64,000 bases of DNA from NCBI GenBank assembly GCA_040285855.1, contig JAUFOQ010000003.1:1674001-1738000 (forward strand), in the 5' to 3' direction. Shown here one piece after another: positions 1 through 11,593 of this stretch (its first letter is position 1; each line of letters opens with the position of its first letter). The translations under genes were made by a program, and so were the position numbers. Origin of the DNA: Eukaryota sp. GEM-RC1. Lineage: Eukaryota. The notes beneath the pieces are model-generated. The model was not told where the DNA came from and searched no databases. It was given only the letters and a program-made list of their open reading frames with translations.

Positions 1-135
1 TTGGTGGAATCAGCTTGGTGCTGTAGATAATGAAGATAGTGACTCAGAATAGTACTTGTATTTATTTAAGTGATATAAAGAATATGATATTGGTGTTCTC
101 ATATAGTCAAGAAAGGGCTAAGAAGATTCTGCTTG

Positions 136-302
136 TTCGGATTTCAGATCGGATTCAGATTAGAGTAGTTCGGATCGGATCGGATTCAGATTAGAGTAGT
201 TCGGATCGGATCAGATTCGGATCAAGGTAGTTCAGATCGGATCAGATTCGGATACAAGAAATTCAGATCAGATCGGATCGGATATCTGAACGCCCAGTGC
301 TG
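136..302. repeat. Cluster of TCGGAT/TCAGAT repeats, probably the subterminal region and right end of a hAT-type element that begins before the window
   Basis: More than 15 copies of (T)CGGAT/CAGAT, ending in GCCCAGTGCTG. Same architecture as the complete elements downstream. Confidence 0.5.
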
Positions 303-332
303 CAGATCCTACTTCTGTAGTATATATCATAT

Positions 333-3300
333 ATGCTCTCGCCTCTTCACAGCCTTCAACAGTCTTTATTGGTGTTGCTCAGTTCTAATCTTCTTCGAAA
401 ACTCTTTAAGTCCCATCTTTCAATTGATTATGATGATCCACGCTGCTCTCTTCGTTGTCTTTTAAGACACTTTCCCTCATGCTTTGAGAAAGTTGGATAT
501 GTGAGCAAAAGATTCTTTGAATCTACGTTCCTTGCAGCTCATCTCTTCTTTGAATCAAACACATTCCCTGTTGTATCAAGAGATATCCCTCTTCTGTCTT
601 CCATTGCTGCCCTCTTTGCAGCAAACATACGATCTATATTCTTAATTGATGGCAGGAAGTTCAAAGTAGAAGACCTTTCCTATTCTTTTTCGTCCATATC
701 TGGATTAAGCCTAAGACTGCATCACGATTGTACCATTCAGTTCGACTTTATGATCCACTCATGTCCTCTTCATTTACTTCATCTTAAGAAAGTTGACGTC
801 TTGGTTTATCCCATGGCTTCTCTTTCTTTCTTTAGTAAAGCCCTCAGTCTTAATCACACAATTCGAGAATTAAATGTTTATTTCTACTACTTCTCATTTG
901 CTGATTCCACTGCTTTTGAAGAAGTTTTCTCCTCAAACACCACATTGACCAACGTCACTATATCCTATAGCCCTTTGTTCCCCAGTGATCGTCTTGTTGA
1001 TGACGAGTTTCGACTTCTTTGCATTGCCCTTGAAAAAAGTACAGTGATTGAACTGGTAGACTTTTCTGGTTTCTCTGTGGCTGATTCAAATAATTTAATT
1101 TCTCTACTAAAGAGTCGTAGTATTAGAAGGTTTAAGTGTCCTATAGCTCCTTTTGTTCATTCTACCGTGTTTACTGCTCTTAATGCGTCGTTTATTAGGG
1201 AATTGTCTTTCAGGAATACAAATTTTAGTGTTGAAGATCTTTGTGATTATTTAAAGTTTAATCTCTATTTGAAAAAGCTGGAGATATCGGAATGTGCTGT
1301 ATCATTTCAATCATTTTTCAAATTTCTCGAATCTAATTCTTCTTTATCAGAATTAATACTCAATAAGTGTAAGAAGTCGCTCAATGAATCTCATTCATTT
1401 GTTCAAATGTTGCAATATAACCAGGGTTTACTTGTTTTAAATCTTGATGAGTCACTCTTTAAGTCTATTAATTTCCAAAAGTTATACGTGGTTTTTCAAA
1501 GAATTCTACTTTAAAGTCTGTCACTTTCTCAGCACTAGATTTTAGATCTTTACTTGTATTGTTTGAAGGATTAGTTGAATTCAGGTTTAAAACTAGTATC
1601 GATGTTTCCCCCAATTCTATTGACATTTCTACTGGATGTATTGTTTATGAAAATAAGATCAAAAACTCTGATCTGGTTTCACTTTTTTAATTCTTTGAAA
1701 TCAATGACTCCAATAACACGTGTTGAAAGTCGAGGGTCAGATTCTCTAAGTCTTGAAGGAATATTGGCCTTATTTGAAATTCTTTCTATCAACAGGTCAG
1801 TGATTGTTCTGGATATTTCTCCTCATTTAATTGATTTTGCTTCTGGTACTATTAAGTTTAGAAGTAATGTTTGTGCTAACGATTTGCACTGTTTGTTAAA
1901 TGCTTTAAAATCAAATGTTCCTATCAAACGTGTTGATTGTCTTGGATTGAAAAGTCCAAATCTTCTCGAAGTTGTGTATATATTTAAAATTCGCTTAATT
2001 GAAGATTTCCTGTTGGATTCGACGAGTTCTTCATACTCTGTTGATGTTGAAACTGGCGCATTAAGCTTTTCTCCCAGTGATTTTACTAGAATAACTCTTT
2101 CAGAAGTTTTGTCGTTACAATCATTGTGTGATCATTCTCACGTCAAAAGTCTTACTCTTCACAACTGTTTTGTTGCTGACGAAGCCTACACTCTTTTGTG
2201 TGATTTGATCAGGGAAAGTGATTCGTTGACTTCTATTGACTTCAGTCACTGTGGGTTAACTGATGATTGTGTTTTGAAGTTAATTGCTGCAGTTCAATCG
2301 AATCATTCAATAAGAAACGTTAATCTGAATAATAACTCTTTTGGTATCAAAAGTCTTTCCACTGTTTTTGAATTGACCACTACTCAGCAAATCACTTCAA
2401 ATTTTGAAATTTCTCCTCACTCAATTGACATTTCTAGTGGTACTATTATCTATGAAAGTAAAGTTGACCACACAGATCTGATTTCTCTTTTAAATTCCTT
2501 GAAGTGTAACTCTTCTATAACACGTGTTCAAAGTTTAGGAGTAGATTCTCTAAATCTTGAAGGACTCCTGACTCTATTTGAAATTCTTTCTATTAATAGC
2601 CGTGTGATTGATCTTGATATTTCTCCTCATTTAATTGATATTTCAAAAGAAAGCTTCTGTTTTTCACCGTCACGGTTTTTATCTATTTCTACTGAACTGA
2701 TTTCATTACGTTTTCTTCTTACAAAAGTCCAAATATCAAAGATCTTACACTTAAACGATGTTGTTTTACTTCTGAAGCAATCCCTATTTTGTGTGATTTG
2801 ATTAGCGTATGTGATTCGTTGACTTCTATTGACTTCAGTCACTGTGGATTAACTGATGATTGTGTTTTGAAGTTATTTACTGCAGTTCAATCTAATCATT
2901 CAATAAGAAAACTTAATCTAAATAGTAATTGTCTTGGTTTGGGGAGCCTTCTAATGATTTTTGAATTTGTCGTGATTCAAAAATTTCCTTCAAATGTTCA
3001 AATTTCTCCTCACTTTTTGATATTTCTACTTCTTCTATTTACTATGAATCCAAAGTTAAACAATCTGACTTGCGTTCACTTTTAAAAGCTTTAAAATCCA
3101 AGTTTTCTTTCAAGAATGTTTACTGTACGACACTTAAATCTCCTTGTTTACCATCAATTTTAACTTTGTTTGAAATTCTCACCATTAACAATTCGGTCCT
3201 AGTGATTGATATTTCGCCCCATTTTATTGATGTTAGGGCTGGAATCCTTAGGTTTTCTCCTAGTTTTAATGACGTGATTACTCCTACAGACGTTTTATCG

Positions 3301-3477
3301 CTACTGTCTTTGTTAGAGACCAATAATTTCAAACAGATTACTTTCGAAAACAGTAGTATTTCTGATAGTGCTATCAGTGTTTTACGTGATTTAATCAAGG
3401 TCAATTCAAGCAAGACTTCGTTTGACTTCCGTAATTGTACACCTTCTGCTGACGTTCTTCTTGGAGCAGTTAGTTAA
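333..3477 (+). CDS. Large RI-like leucine-rich-repeat protein, split into 4 ORFs by frameshifts
   Basis: Repeated LxxLxLxxNxI motifs (e.g. SLTSIDFSHCGLTDD). Internal duplication 2195-2330 vs 2788-2925. Recurring DISPHxID modules. Confidence 0.75.
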
Positions 3478-3534
3478 TTATTTTTTAATAATGCATTTGA
3501 TTTGTATTTGACTACTACAAACGAATGTCACTGA

Positions 3535-3893
3535 TAGAGATGGGAAAATACTCTACTCAAGTACTACTTAACTTACCATATTTGATTAGTCGAAACTAAC
3601 GTGTGAATCGATAGTAGTCCTAAACTGTAGCTATAAATAAAAGTGGTTTACTTACCGTCTAGGTGTTATTAACAGACGTTGTTCATTTTTGTTCGAATGG
3701 CTAATCAATCGGAGTGTGTTCAAGCAATTTGAGTTTAGAATGGTGGAGGTGTAATTCATTATAAATACATCTTTTTACTACAAATAGAACAATGTAATGG
3801 TGTGTTCATCTGCTTGAAAGTCTATTACAAATGTTTGTTGATAAGTACTACTCAATGAGTCTACTCAGATACTCGAGTATTTTCCCATCTCTA
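3535..3893. mobile_element. Non-autonomous hAT-type MITE
   Basis: Perfect 19-bp terminal inverted repeat (TIR) TAGAGATGGGAAAATACTC. Perfect 8-bp TSD GTCACTGA (3527-3534, 3894-3901). Subterminal TACTC/GAGTA repeats. Confidence 0.92.
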
Positions 3894-4380
3894 GTCACTG
3901 AGCCCTTTTAATCGTCTAAAAAGGACCTTGAAACGTATACTAGAATCGATCAATAATTTGTGATTAGCGAATGTTGATGTGATCGTTTGAAGAGCAGCTT
4001 ATGTTTCTCTGGTAGATTCTCGAAAGGATTTGGACTTTTAGTGTTTTAAATTTATAAACAATTTAATTTTTGAGCAATAATGAATCGAAACCGTTTGCAG
4101 ATAAATTGTTTAGCTTGGTCCTCTGATAAAAATAAATTTAGAGTTTCTTCATTTTGAATATATTATTTTGTTTAACATCATTTGAGTATGTTTTTGGCCC
4201 AACATTCTGTGGTAAAGTCCAGATTGATTCTACTACAAAGTAGTATTATAACGATGAACATGTAATGAATCACCATTGCCTACTAAACAACCCATAAATT
4301 TTGTTCTCATTTTAAGTAGTATGAAGGTCTTAGATTAATACAGTTGTCAGATGCGCCTGTATATATTTGTTTACTATATC

Positions 4381-5108
4381 GTGCTCTTGTGGAGCTAATG
4401 GTGTTTTTCGTCATTTAATTAATTGTCGTTATTTTATTCATCTCCGTGCAGTAATTCATGATGGTGTACGTGATTCTTGTTATTCCATGTTTAAAGCACA
4501 TGGTTTTCACTCTAAAGTTGAACCAGTTTTGAATCATCTTTCAGAAAATGAATTTACTGATCAAAAACGAGGGGATCTACATACTCCGTGGCTTAAATCG
4601 AGTCAAGCATTAATGGATTTTACTACAGTAGATGTATGTAACAAATCTTGTGTTAGTAGGATATTAGATTCTTCTTTTAATCCATTAACAGCAGCTGAAA
4701 AGCTCAAACACACCAAGTATGACTCTCAAGTAGAAGAATTAAATAGAAACTCATATTCCAAATTTGTGTTTCAACCTTTTGCTGTTTCTCTTTTTGGATC
4801 TATTAGTCCTGCTGGTGATCAATTTTTCAAGGATTTCGAAGAATTGTGTAAAGAAAAGAAGCGTAAGTTTAGAATGGCTGAATGGAAAAACCGTATAGTG
4901 TTTTCCATATATCGGAATATGCCTTTCTATTTCTCTAGATTAATTGAGAAATTGTACAAGTTTGGTGTGAAGGTTCATGTAGATAAACGTAATCTTTTAC
5001 CGGGTGGTGATGAAGTCGTTTGGATTTAATCTTAGTATTATTTGTTTGTTTTTACAATTTCATAGTTTGTAGAAAGGTTACCTTATTGGGTGCCGAATAA
5101 ACATCTCT
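4381..5108 (+). mobile_element. 5'-truncated RLE-type (CRE/R2-like) non-LTR retrotransposon, family A
   Basis: CSC...HLINC zinc knuckle, IHDGVRD, RGDL...DFTTVD, AEKLKHTKY and FQPFAVSLFG RLE motifs. Near-identical to 11891-12380 and 32196-33127. Possible CTATATC TSD. Confidence 0.85.
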
Positions 5109-5169
5109 CTATATCTAGACTGTTTCTTTGTACTTCACACACAAGTTCACAATGGACTATAATTTATAA

Positions 5170-5430
5170 AGAAATGTGATATTATTTATGTAGAGAAAGT
5201 TGTCAAAAAAAGAATGAACAAGAAATTTTATTTTGAGTTTTGGTTGAATCGTGTTGTCTTTACAATATTTAAAACAATTCCTATTATGATTTCAAAAGCT
5301 CTATTAGGTCTCAGTATTGTTTGTGAAGAAAAAGCTGATGTGAGTTTTAATGACAATGGATGTTGCTTTAATGATATTGAGTTCTAGTTTTTGTGTTTAT
5401 CTTCCTGTTTTTGTTCCATAAAATATTTTT
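5170..5430 (+). mobile_element. 3' tail fragment of RLE non-LTR retrotransposon, family C
   Basis: Encodes FWLNRVVFTIFKTIP. Homologous to 19640-19925, 20540-20825, 30970-31440 and 56970-57320. Confidence 0.7.
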
Positions 5431-6289
5431 TAACTGTGACATTTTTTTTGCCATGTAATTTTTGAAAATGTATGTTTTGCTTCAGAGCACAAACATATTT
5501 TGGTGATTTTATGTAGAAATAGGAAACACACCAAATGTTTTTCAAATACGGTAACAAAGAATACAGAATGTAAATGCAGGGTTTCTAACTAACCGTATGA
5601 ATAGTAATGACCATTCTGGTTCTTTCTTCTTCTTTGGGTCGAATGTATGAATCTCCTATAACCTAATGCCAAATATCGACAGTCCTTTCGCCATCTCTGT
5701 ACGGAAGCAACTATTAGAGGATCAAAAAATTCTCGCAGATTTTCACGATGATGTGGAAAAACTTACAGCAAAGTTGAAGTTGCTACACATGCCACCTGAA
5801 CTCGATCCGATTGATAACCCAGATGCGGTGATTGCTTTTCTGAGAAAAGAAATCTTTGCACGGAGGTAGCTATCAGAACAAAAACAACAACCAAGGAAAC
5901 TGCCAGAGCCTGGAAGAAAATTTGGCAAAAAGGGCACAGCAAGGAAACGTAGCAATTATAAAGTTTCATAAAAATAAATTTTAAACCACAAAATTAGCAG
6001 TGTGTCGAAATTTGGAAAAACTGACAAAACTTCTGATGTTTCACATTGATGCAATCATTTCCATTTCAGATATTATGTCCTCAATTTCTTTTCGGAACAC
6101 AATTCCGATATCATGTTTGGCATCTCTTTGGTTTAAAACAGCGCGTTAAATGCACATGTTCAGATTTTCATCAGAGTAAGATGTTCGGACTGCTTCAACA
6201 TCCGTCAGAATATAAAGTATAAAAGGCTTTTGTAAATGTAAGTGTCTATACATGTCAGACAAAAACCCCTAGATTCGATTGACCGTTGA

Positions 6290-6395
6290 TTAGCCGTAGT
6301 TGTTTTCTGACAGGCCGGACAGTGCTTAACATGTTGTACCATGTCAGCTTTCATCTTAGGCCAAAAGTAGCCACCATTCAAGATTGCGTTGTCCT
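6290..6395 (-). pseudogene. Ty3/Gypsy-like integrase zinc-binding domain remnant
   Basis: Manual translation NAILNGGYFWPKMKADMVQHVKHCPACQKT matches the integrase H2C2 signature YxWPxMxxDVxxxVxxCxxCQ. Confidence 0.7.
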
Positions 6396-7239
6396 ATCAA
6401 AGAAAGGCTTGCTTAGCTTTTGAAAAGAACATCATCTTAAGACCAGTAGAGTTCTGGTGAAGTCTTATAATAAGAACATCAATACACCATGAATTATATC
6501 ATTGATGATATTCTAGTTTGTTTAATGTTCTTTGACAGTTGGCCTATGTACTCACCTGCTCCTGATTACACCGTTCGATTTGATGATGTCACTCATTGAT
6601 TCCATTGTTGACACTATGTTTCACTTTTACTTTGCTGAGTCAAGTTTTCAATTTGGATGGATTGTATGTAAATGTAACAAATCTCTGAAACAGAACCTAA
6701 TCTAGTAAGCAAAGAGACTCAGATCGATTTCTTACGTACCATTCAATCATGAGATATGATGACGTTCATCATCTCATATACATACACGTCATCAAAAAAG
6801 TGATGACGTCATTCAAGAAAACAGATTGATTTTCAGAAGAAAAAATGGACAATTCGAACAACTTGATGAAGAAAATTGCTTTCGTCATCATTGATGTCTG
6901 AAAATGAGAAATCAATTAATCACAAGAATCAAATGACTGTCGAAGATAATTGCAGGAGTTTTTAATAACAATTTTAAATTAATCAATGAAGCCGACAGTC
7001 ATCCTATAAGTTTGAGACCAACTTAACATTGAACACTTTCTTGTTATCGAAAAGAAGTTCAACAGAGACATTCTCTGACAGGAGGAATAATAATAATCAT
7101 AATAGTCTCGACGAGCAGAAGTGCAGAGATTGCTGACAATCCAAAGGAACTTTATCTGGCTGTTGGCTCAGCAAACTTTTATTTCCATTGTCAGGAAAGT
7201 AAAAGACATGGATCAGATAGATGCTTTCGAATCACCAAA

Positions 7240-8107
7240 AGGAGTAAAGCACTTTCCCACCAGTGAATTCACCGTTAGCAAACAGCCAAGTTGCTGTATG
7301 TCCTTAAACGAAGCAATCAATAATTCGAGTTTGGTGGCAAACTCAAAGGTTTGGTAACCCAGATGAAGTCGTTGTTGGGTATGGAGACTGGAACGACACT
7401 GCTTTTCGTCGAAGAAGAAGTAAAGCATCGACTGTGAAAGGTGCTTAGATTCGGAAATTATTGAGAAAATTTGGATGTAGAGTTTTCTTAGTTGATGAAT
7501 TTAGGACCAGCAAATGTTGCTCTGCTTGTGTTTCCAGAAACGACGAAGGTATCTGTTCCAATCCTGAAAGGATAAAAGTCACTGATCCTCATTGGAAGAA
7601 GAAGTTACAGAAGGAAGAGAAAGCATTAAAAAGGAAATTATGGAACACAATCAATTAGACAATATTGTGGAGCGTAACTTTGATGAAGAATGGACATACC
7701 AGTTGCCAATCCTGAAAGAAAGATTGAAGAACAACAAAGTCTCACCATGGGGCTTAGTTGAATGTGCTAAATGTCATGTCCTCTGGAATAGAGACTTCAA
7801 CTCAGCTATCAATATTTATAATATTGTACACGGAACCATTCAAGGTCAAGGTAGACCTGCTGTCCTCGAGAGACCAAAATCTCAAACAACACCTGTTGTG
7901 GATGGCGGGAATACAGATCAGATTCCTAAGAAAAAGACTGTGAGTAAGGGTAAGCATAAGGCAAAGCGTCCTCTAACAACTGTCAGAGGTCCTAACAAGT
8001 GTGGTATATGTTTTCGGCCTGGGCATAACAAAACAACTTGTCCAAATAGGCCTAAGAAAGATGTACCCAAGGACTCACACGTAAACCAGAAAGATCAGGA
8101 ATCTTGA
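7240..8107 (+). pseudogene. Fanzor (eukaryotic TnpB-like RNA-guided endonuclease), C-terminal half, disrupted
   Basis: RFGNPDEVVVGYGDW...KGA*IRKLLRKFGCRVFLVDEFRTSKCCSAC (RuvC-II plus first CxxC). WGLVECAKCHVLWNRDFNSAINI...GQGRPAVL (second CxxC plus RuvC-III). TAG at 7446-7448 and a frameshift near 7630. No RuvC-I motif found upstream; the start coordinate is approximate. Confidence 0.85.
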
Positions 8108-8200
8108 ATCTATGAAGTTAGCTCGTCTTAAAAGACTTTGCGAATAAGGACATTCATTTGTTCAAACTGTGTCTTATCTCATGAAAATGAGTGAAGGGTG
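8108..8200 (+). ncRNA. Candidate Fanzor omegaRNA scaffold 3' region / element right end
   Basis: Directly downstream of the Fanzor stop. Serial hairpins GTCTT-AA-AAGAC, ATAAGGACA...TGTCTTAT and CTCAT-GAAA-ATGAG. Boundaries are inferred. Confidence 0.4.
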
Positions 8201-8280
8201 ATACCTTTATCAAAATCAAATGTTTAGGAAAATCTCTCACACTTCATTGCGTTGTGTTCTCTACTCTCCAGTTTCCACCT

Positions 8281-8916
8281 ATGCACTTCCAAAATGTTCA
8301 TCAAGAAAGTCGTCTCTTAGAATCTCGAATCAGAGAAAAACTGAAAGAACTCTCATCCCTATTACAAAACCTTTCTCCTTCTGATAGGAGTGTAGATGAT
8401 AGCCAGACCCTCTTCAATAGCTTAAGTGCCGAGATACAACACAGTCTGGAAGAACTACACTCTAGAACAACAATTCTTCAATCACTATCTTCAACCAACG
8501 TTGCACAATACCAAATGGCAACAAGAATATCTGACAACTATGAGCTACTACAACGAGAATTCACAGCTGTCCGAAGTAACATTCTACGACAACGTCAAAA
8601 ACTTCAGTTATTCTCTGGTATGTCTCAAGACGACCTTCTTCACATCGACGATAACACCAGAACAAGAGCTTCAATAGCCAACTCACATTCCATTGCTGAT
8701 GAACTTATGGAACAAGTGGATGTGGCTCGCTCTAGTCTGCTTGAACAGGGATCAACGTTGACAGGAGCTAGTGGGAAGTTGGCTGTTCTCGTGTCGAAGT
8801 TTCCCTCCTTGGATAGTATAATGAGAATGACTAGGATTAGAAGGGTGAGGAATACTATAGTAATGGCGTTTATTCTTGCATTGCTGTTTTTTCTGGTGTA
8901 TATTGTCAAAAAATAA
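8281..8916 (+). CDS. GOSR1: Golgi Qb-SNARE, GOS1/GOS28-like
   Basis: N-terminal helical bundle (RLLESRIREKL), SNARE motif, KFPSLDSIMRMTRIRRVRNTIV and a C-terminal TM anchor. Confidence 0.75.
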   Translation: MHFQNVHQESRLLESRIREKLKELSSLLQNLSPSDRSVDDSQTLFNSLSAEIQHSLEELHSRTTILQSLSSTNVAQYQMATRISDNYELLQREFTAVRSNILRQRQKLQLFSGMSQDDLLHIDDNTRTRASIANSHSIADELMEQVDVARSSLLEQGSTLTGASGKLAVLVSKFPSLDSIMRMTRIRRVRNTIVMAFILALLFFLVYIVKK

Positions 8917-9053
8917 ATCTGTATATAAAAAAAGATGATGATGAAAGTTCAAATGACTAGGGATGAATTGATCAAAAAAAAGAAATATTGTACAAAAAAA
9001 AGAATGAAAACCGGTAAAATTTGAAAACTCGTTGTGAAGTCCAAAAATAGTCA

Positions 9054-10460
9054 TTATCCAAATCTTTTTGAATCTTTTGATTGACACCGATTACACAACA
9101 TACCTCTATTGAAATGTTTTCCCATAGAATACAACGTTGACAATAATATTTCTTGCTCTCGTTGCGTTGACTTCCCAGCAATTCCTGCTCGTTGTCTAAG
9201 CTCTGCGCACTCGGTTTCAAGGCCTATAGCATAGTCTTGTAACATCTGGTAATCGTCTGAAACAAGAGATTTTGAAGTGGAAGAAGTGGCAAGTTGAGAA
9301 AGTGTTTCTTGTGCTTCTTCAAGTTGTTGTCTGTTTAAAAGATACGCTTTTTTTAATTTTTCACGTTCACTTGATAATTTTTTAATTTTTTCCGAAAGAG
9401 ATGCACAAGTTGAACACGATTTTAGTTGTTCAATGTCATGCCGAAGACCCATATTTTCATTAGAAAGTTCTAAATTCTGTTGTTTGGTATCAGAATTCTC
9501 CCTAATTAAATTTGAATTTTTTAAATCAAGGTCATAATTAGCCTCTTCCAACTCCGAAACACGTGTATTCAGTTCTTCAATAGTTAACTTCCACGAATCA
9601 GCAATCAATTGTGATTGCTCGTCATCAGATTCACTTTCCCGTGGTGACGTAACTTGATTAGCTTTAAGTCTGGTGACTTCCAACAACAATGAGCTATTCT
9701 CTTCTGATAGAATTGATAGCTTCTCTTTTAACTTTTCATTTTCAAACAAAACTGTTTGCTCAGAATCCAAACTCTTAAGTCGTGTGAGTTCCTGTTGAAG
9801 ATCGTTGACTTTCTTCCTCAATGACGTGTTTGTTGACGTCATCCGAAAGAGCTGATCCTTAATTGATTTGAGCTCACTATTTTTGGTTTTATTCGATTCA
9901 AGAGAGCTTTCTAAATGTTGAAGTTGTTTCAGTTTAGAAGTGGCTAAAAGATACTCATCCTGAAGAGATGCATAACTTTTCTTTATGGATGAAAGTTCAA
10001 CAACTTGGCTCTCAGCCTGGATTCTTGCTTCACTTTCCTGTTTAAGTTTTCGTCTCAGGTCATCAATTATACTAGACTCGTTGCGTACATTAAATGAACT
10101 AAGGAGATCAGGCTGAGGGAATGCAGGACTGTCCGGACATGAAGGAGAGCTAAGTTCGATTTGGTAAGAGATTGGTGAGGATATATCCTGGAGGATGTCT
10201 TTGAGAAAGAGTTGTGTGTGGTGAGGCATGTTTAAGATGTTTTGAATGATGCTATGTCGTTGGGGACCATTGACTGCAGCTCGGAAGATGGATTTGGCTA
10301 GTTCAAATGAGGACGAAGATTGTAAATGTCTGATAGAAGAAAAGTCTATTGACAAAGTGGAACATAGGTTCTGCAGGAGCTCCGAGCTTGACTTGAGATC
10401 ATCAAGAGATGATAGTTTTAATGTGGATACTGAGTTTATCCAGAAGAGAAGAGAGTTCAT
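9054..10460 (-). CDS. HOOK-family-like coiled-coil dynein adaptor
   Basis: N-terminal LLFWINS..LSSLDDL resembles the Hook domain. Long coiled coil. C-terminal REQEILLSTLYSMG resembles the Hook EEKLIxSAWYxxG motif. Confidence 0.6.
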   Translation of the reverse strand: MNSLLFWINSVSTLKLSSLDDLKSSSELLQNLCSTLSIDFSSIRHLQSSSSFELAKSIFRAAVNGPQRHSIIQNILNMPHHTQLFLKDILQDISSPISYQIELSSPSCPDSPAFPQPDLLSSFNVRNESSIIDDLRRKLKQESEARIQAESQVVELSSIKKSYASLQDEYLLATSKLKQLQHLESSLESNKTKNSELKSIKDQLFRMTSTNTSLRKKVNDLQQELTRLKSLDSEQTVLFENEKLKEKLSILSEENSSLLLEVTRLKANQVTSPRESESDDEQSQLIADSWKLTIEELNTRVSELEEANYDLDLKNSNLIRENSDTKQQNLELSNENMGLRHDIEQLKSCSTCASLSEKIKKLSSEREKLKKAYLLNRQQLEEAQETLSQLATSSTSKSLVSDDYQMLQDYAIGLETECAELRQRAGIAGKSTQREQEILLSTLYSMGKHFNRGMLCNRCQSKDSKRFG

Positions 10461-10653
10461 CGTCGCATTGCAATTAAACAAATGTGTTGATGAAAAAGGT
10501 TACGAATCGGTTACTTACGACAGTTACCTGTACCCTTTTATATACACTATACAGCCTACGATTGTTCTGCAGTGCCAATAATGCTATCTATAGATTCAAT
10601 AATCGTCATTGGTAATCCAATTCAATTGCATTTTCTATCACACACTTAAAATA

Positions 10654-11343
10654 ATGGACTTCAACTCTGTCGTTATTAGCGATGCTTTTCTATGCCTAAC
10701 CATTGCTATAATTGTGTTCAAACTGTTCAAGAAGTTTTACAAAATCACCAAAGACACAGAACTTCGATCGTACTTGTGGATCTCTGTTCTCTTCTTCATC
10801 TTCTCTGCCTTAGGAGCTTCTGCTGGATCAGTCTACCACGCTTTTGAAGAAGATGTCTCCGATAAAGTCAGGTTCCTACTATGGTGTCCTGTCAAGTACT
10901 TCCTCGCTCTAACCACGTACTTCACTGCCAGGATCGTTATAGATGCTCTCTTTCAAGGCAAAACTAGACACGTTCTTAGTCAACTTGCTCTCATTAAAAC
11001 CGCCTTCTACATTGGATTGGTTACCACTGTTTCTTCTTTCCTCACGACTGCTGTTGACTTTGGTTTTACTACCCTATTTGCCATCATCGTGTGTCTAACC
11101 TTCGCCATCAAATACTCCTTGGTATACGCTTGCTGGTTCACCTTTGGGTGGGTGATTGGTCTTCTTGGAGTTATACTACAGGTGCTCCATGTTACTGTTG
11201 ACCCAACTTATTTCAATAACAATGATTTGTTCCATTTGTGTGCAGCGATCTCATCTGTTTTTGTGTATGTAGGAATAAGTGCGTTCTTTCAAATTCGTGA
11301 TAAGATGGATTTCTTAATTATTAACGAGAATGACTCTGTTTAA
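10654..11343 (+). CDS. Multi-pass (~7 TM) membrane protein, DUF6962-like
   Basis: Seven hydrophobic segments. Motifs SD (TM1), GSVYHAF and YFNNNDLFHL. Confidence 0.55.
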   Translation: MDFNSVVISDAFLCLTIAIIVFKLFKKFYKITKDTELRSYLWISVLFFIFSALGASAGSVYHAFEEDVSDKVRFLLWCPVKYFLALTTYFTARIVIDALFQGKTRHVLSQLALIKTAFYIGLVTTVSSFLTTAVDFGFTTLFAIIVCLTFAIKYSLVYACWFTFGWVIGLLGVILQVLHVTVDPTYFNNNDLFHLCAAISSVFVYVGISAFFQIRDKMDFLIINENDSV

Positions 11344-11593
11344 TGTTTATTTGTAATGAAAATGCTACTTTTTTAAAAACATTCAGTTTGACTGTTTGGT
11401 ATATAAATTAGTTCTTAGTTACATGTCCATTACAATCAGTCTTTATCACATCAAACTTAAACATCTAAACATCAAATCTAAGGAACAATTACCACCATGT
11501 GCAAATAGAAGAGTGAACGAACAGACTAAAATATAGGAAAAACTCAGCCGAAAAGGCAGATGATTGCTGAAGATGATAAACACACCCTTCGAT

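Noticed and set aside
5666..5969. Short ORFs next to the integrase remnant
   Set aside because: No recognisable motif; may be the tail of a mobile-element ORF.
7270..7448. TAA/TAG reassigned to Gln in the Fanzor remnant
   Set aside because: TAA and TAG end conserved host genes (RPS18, HCP) at the expected positions. These stops are better explained as decay.
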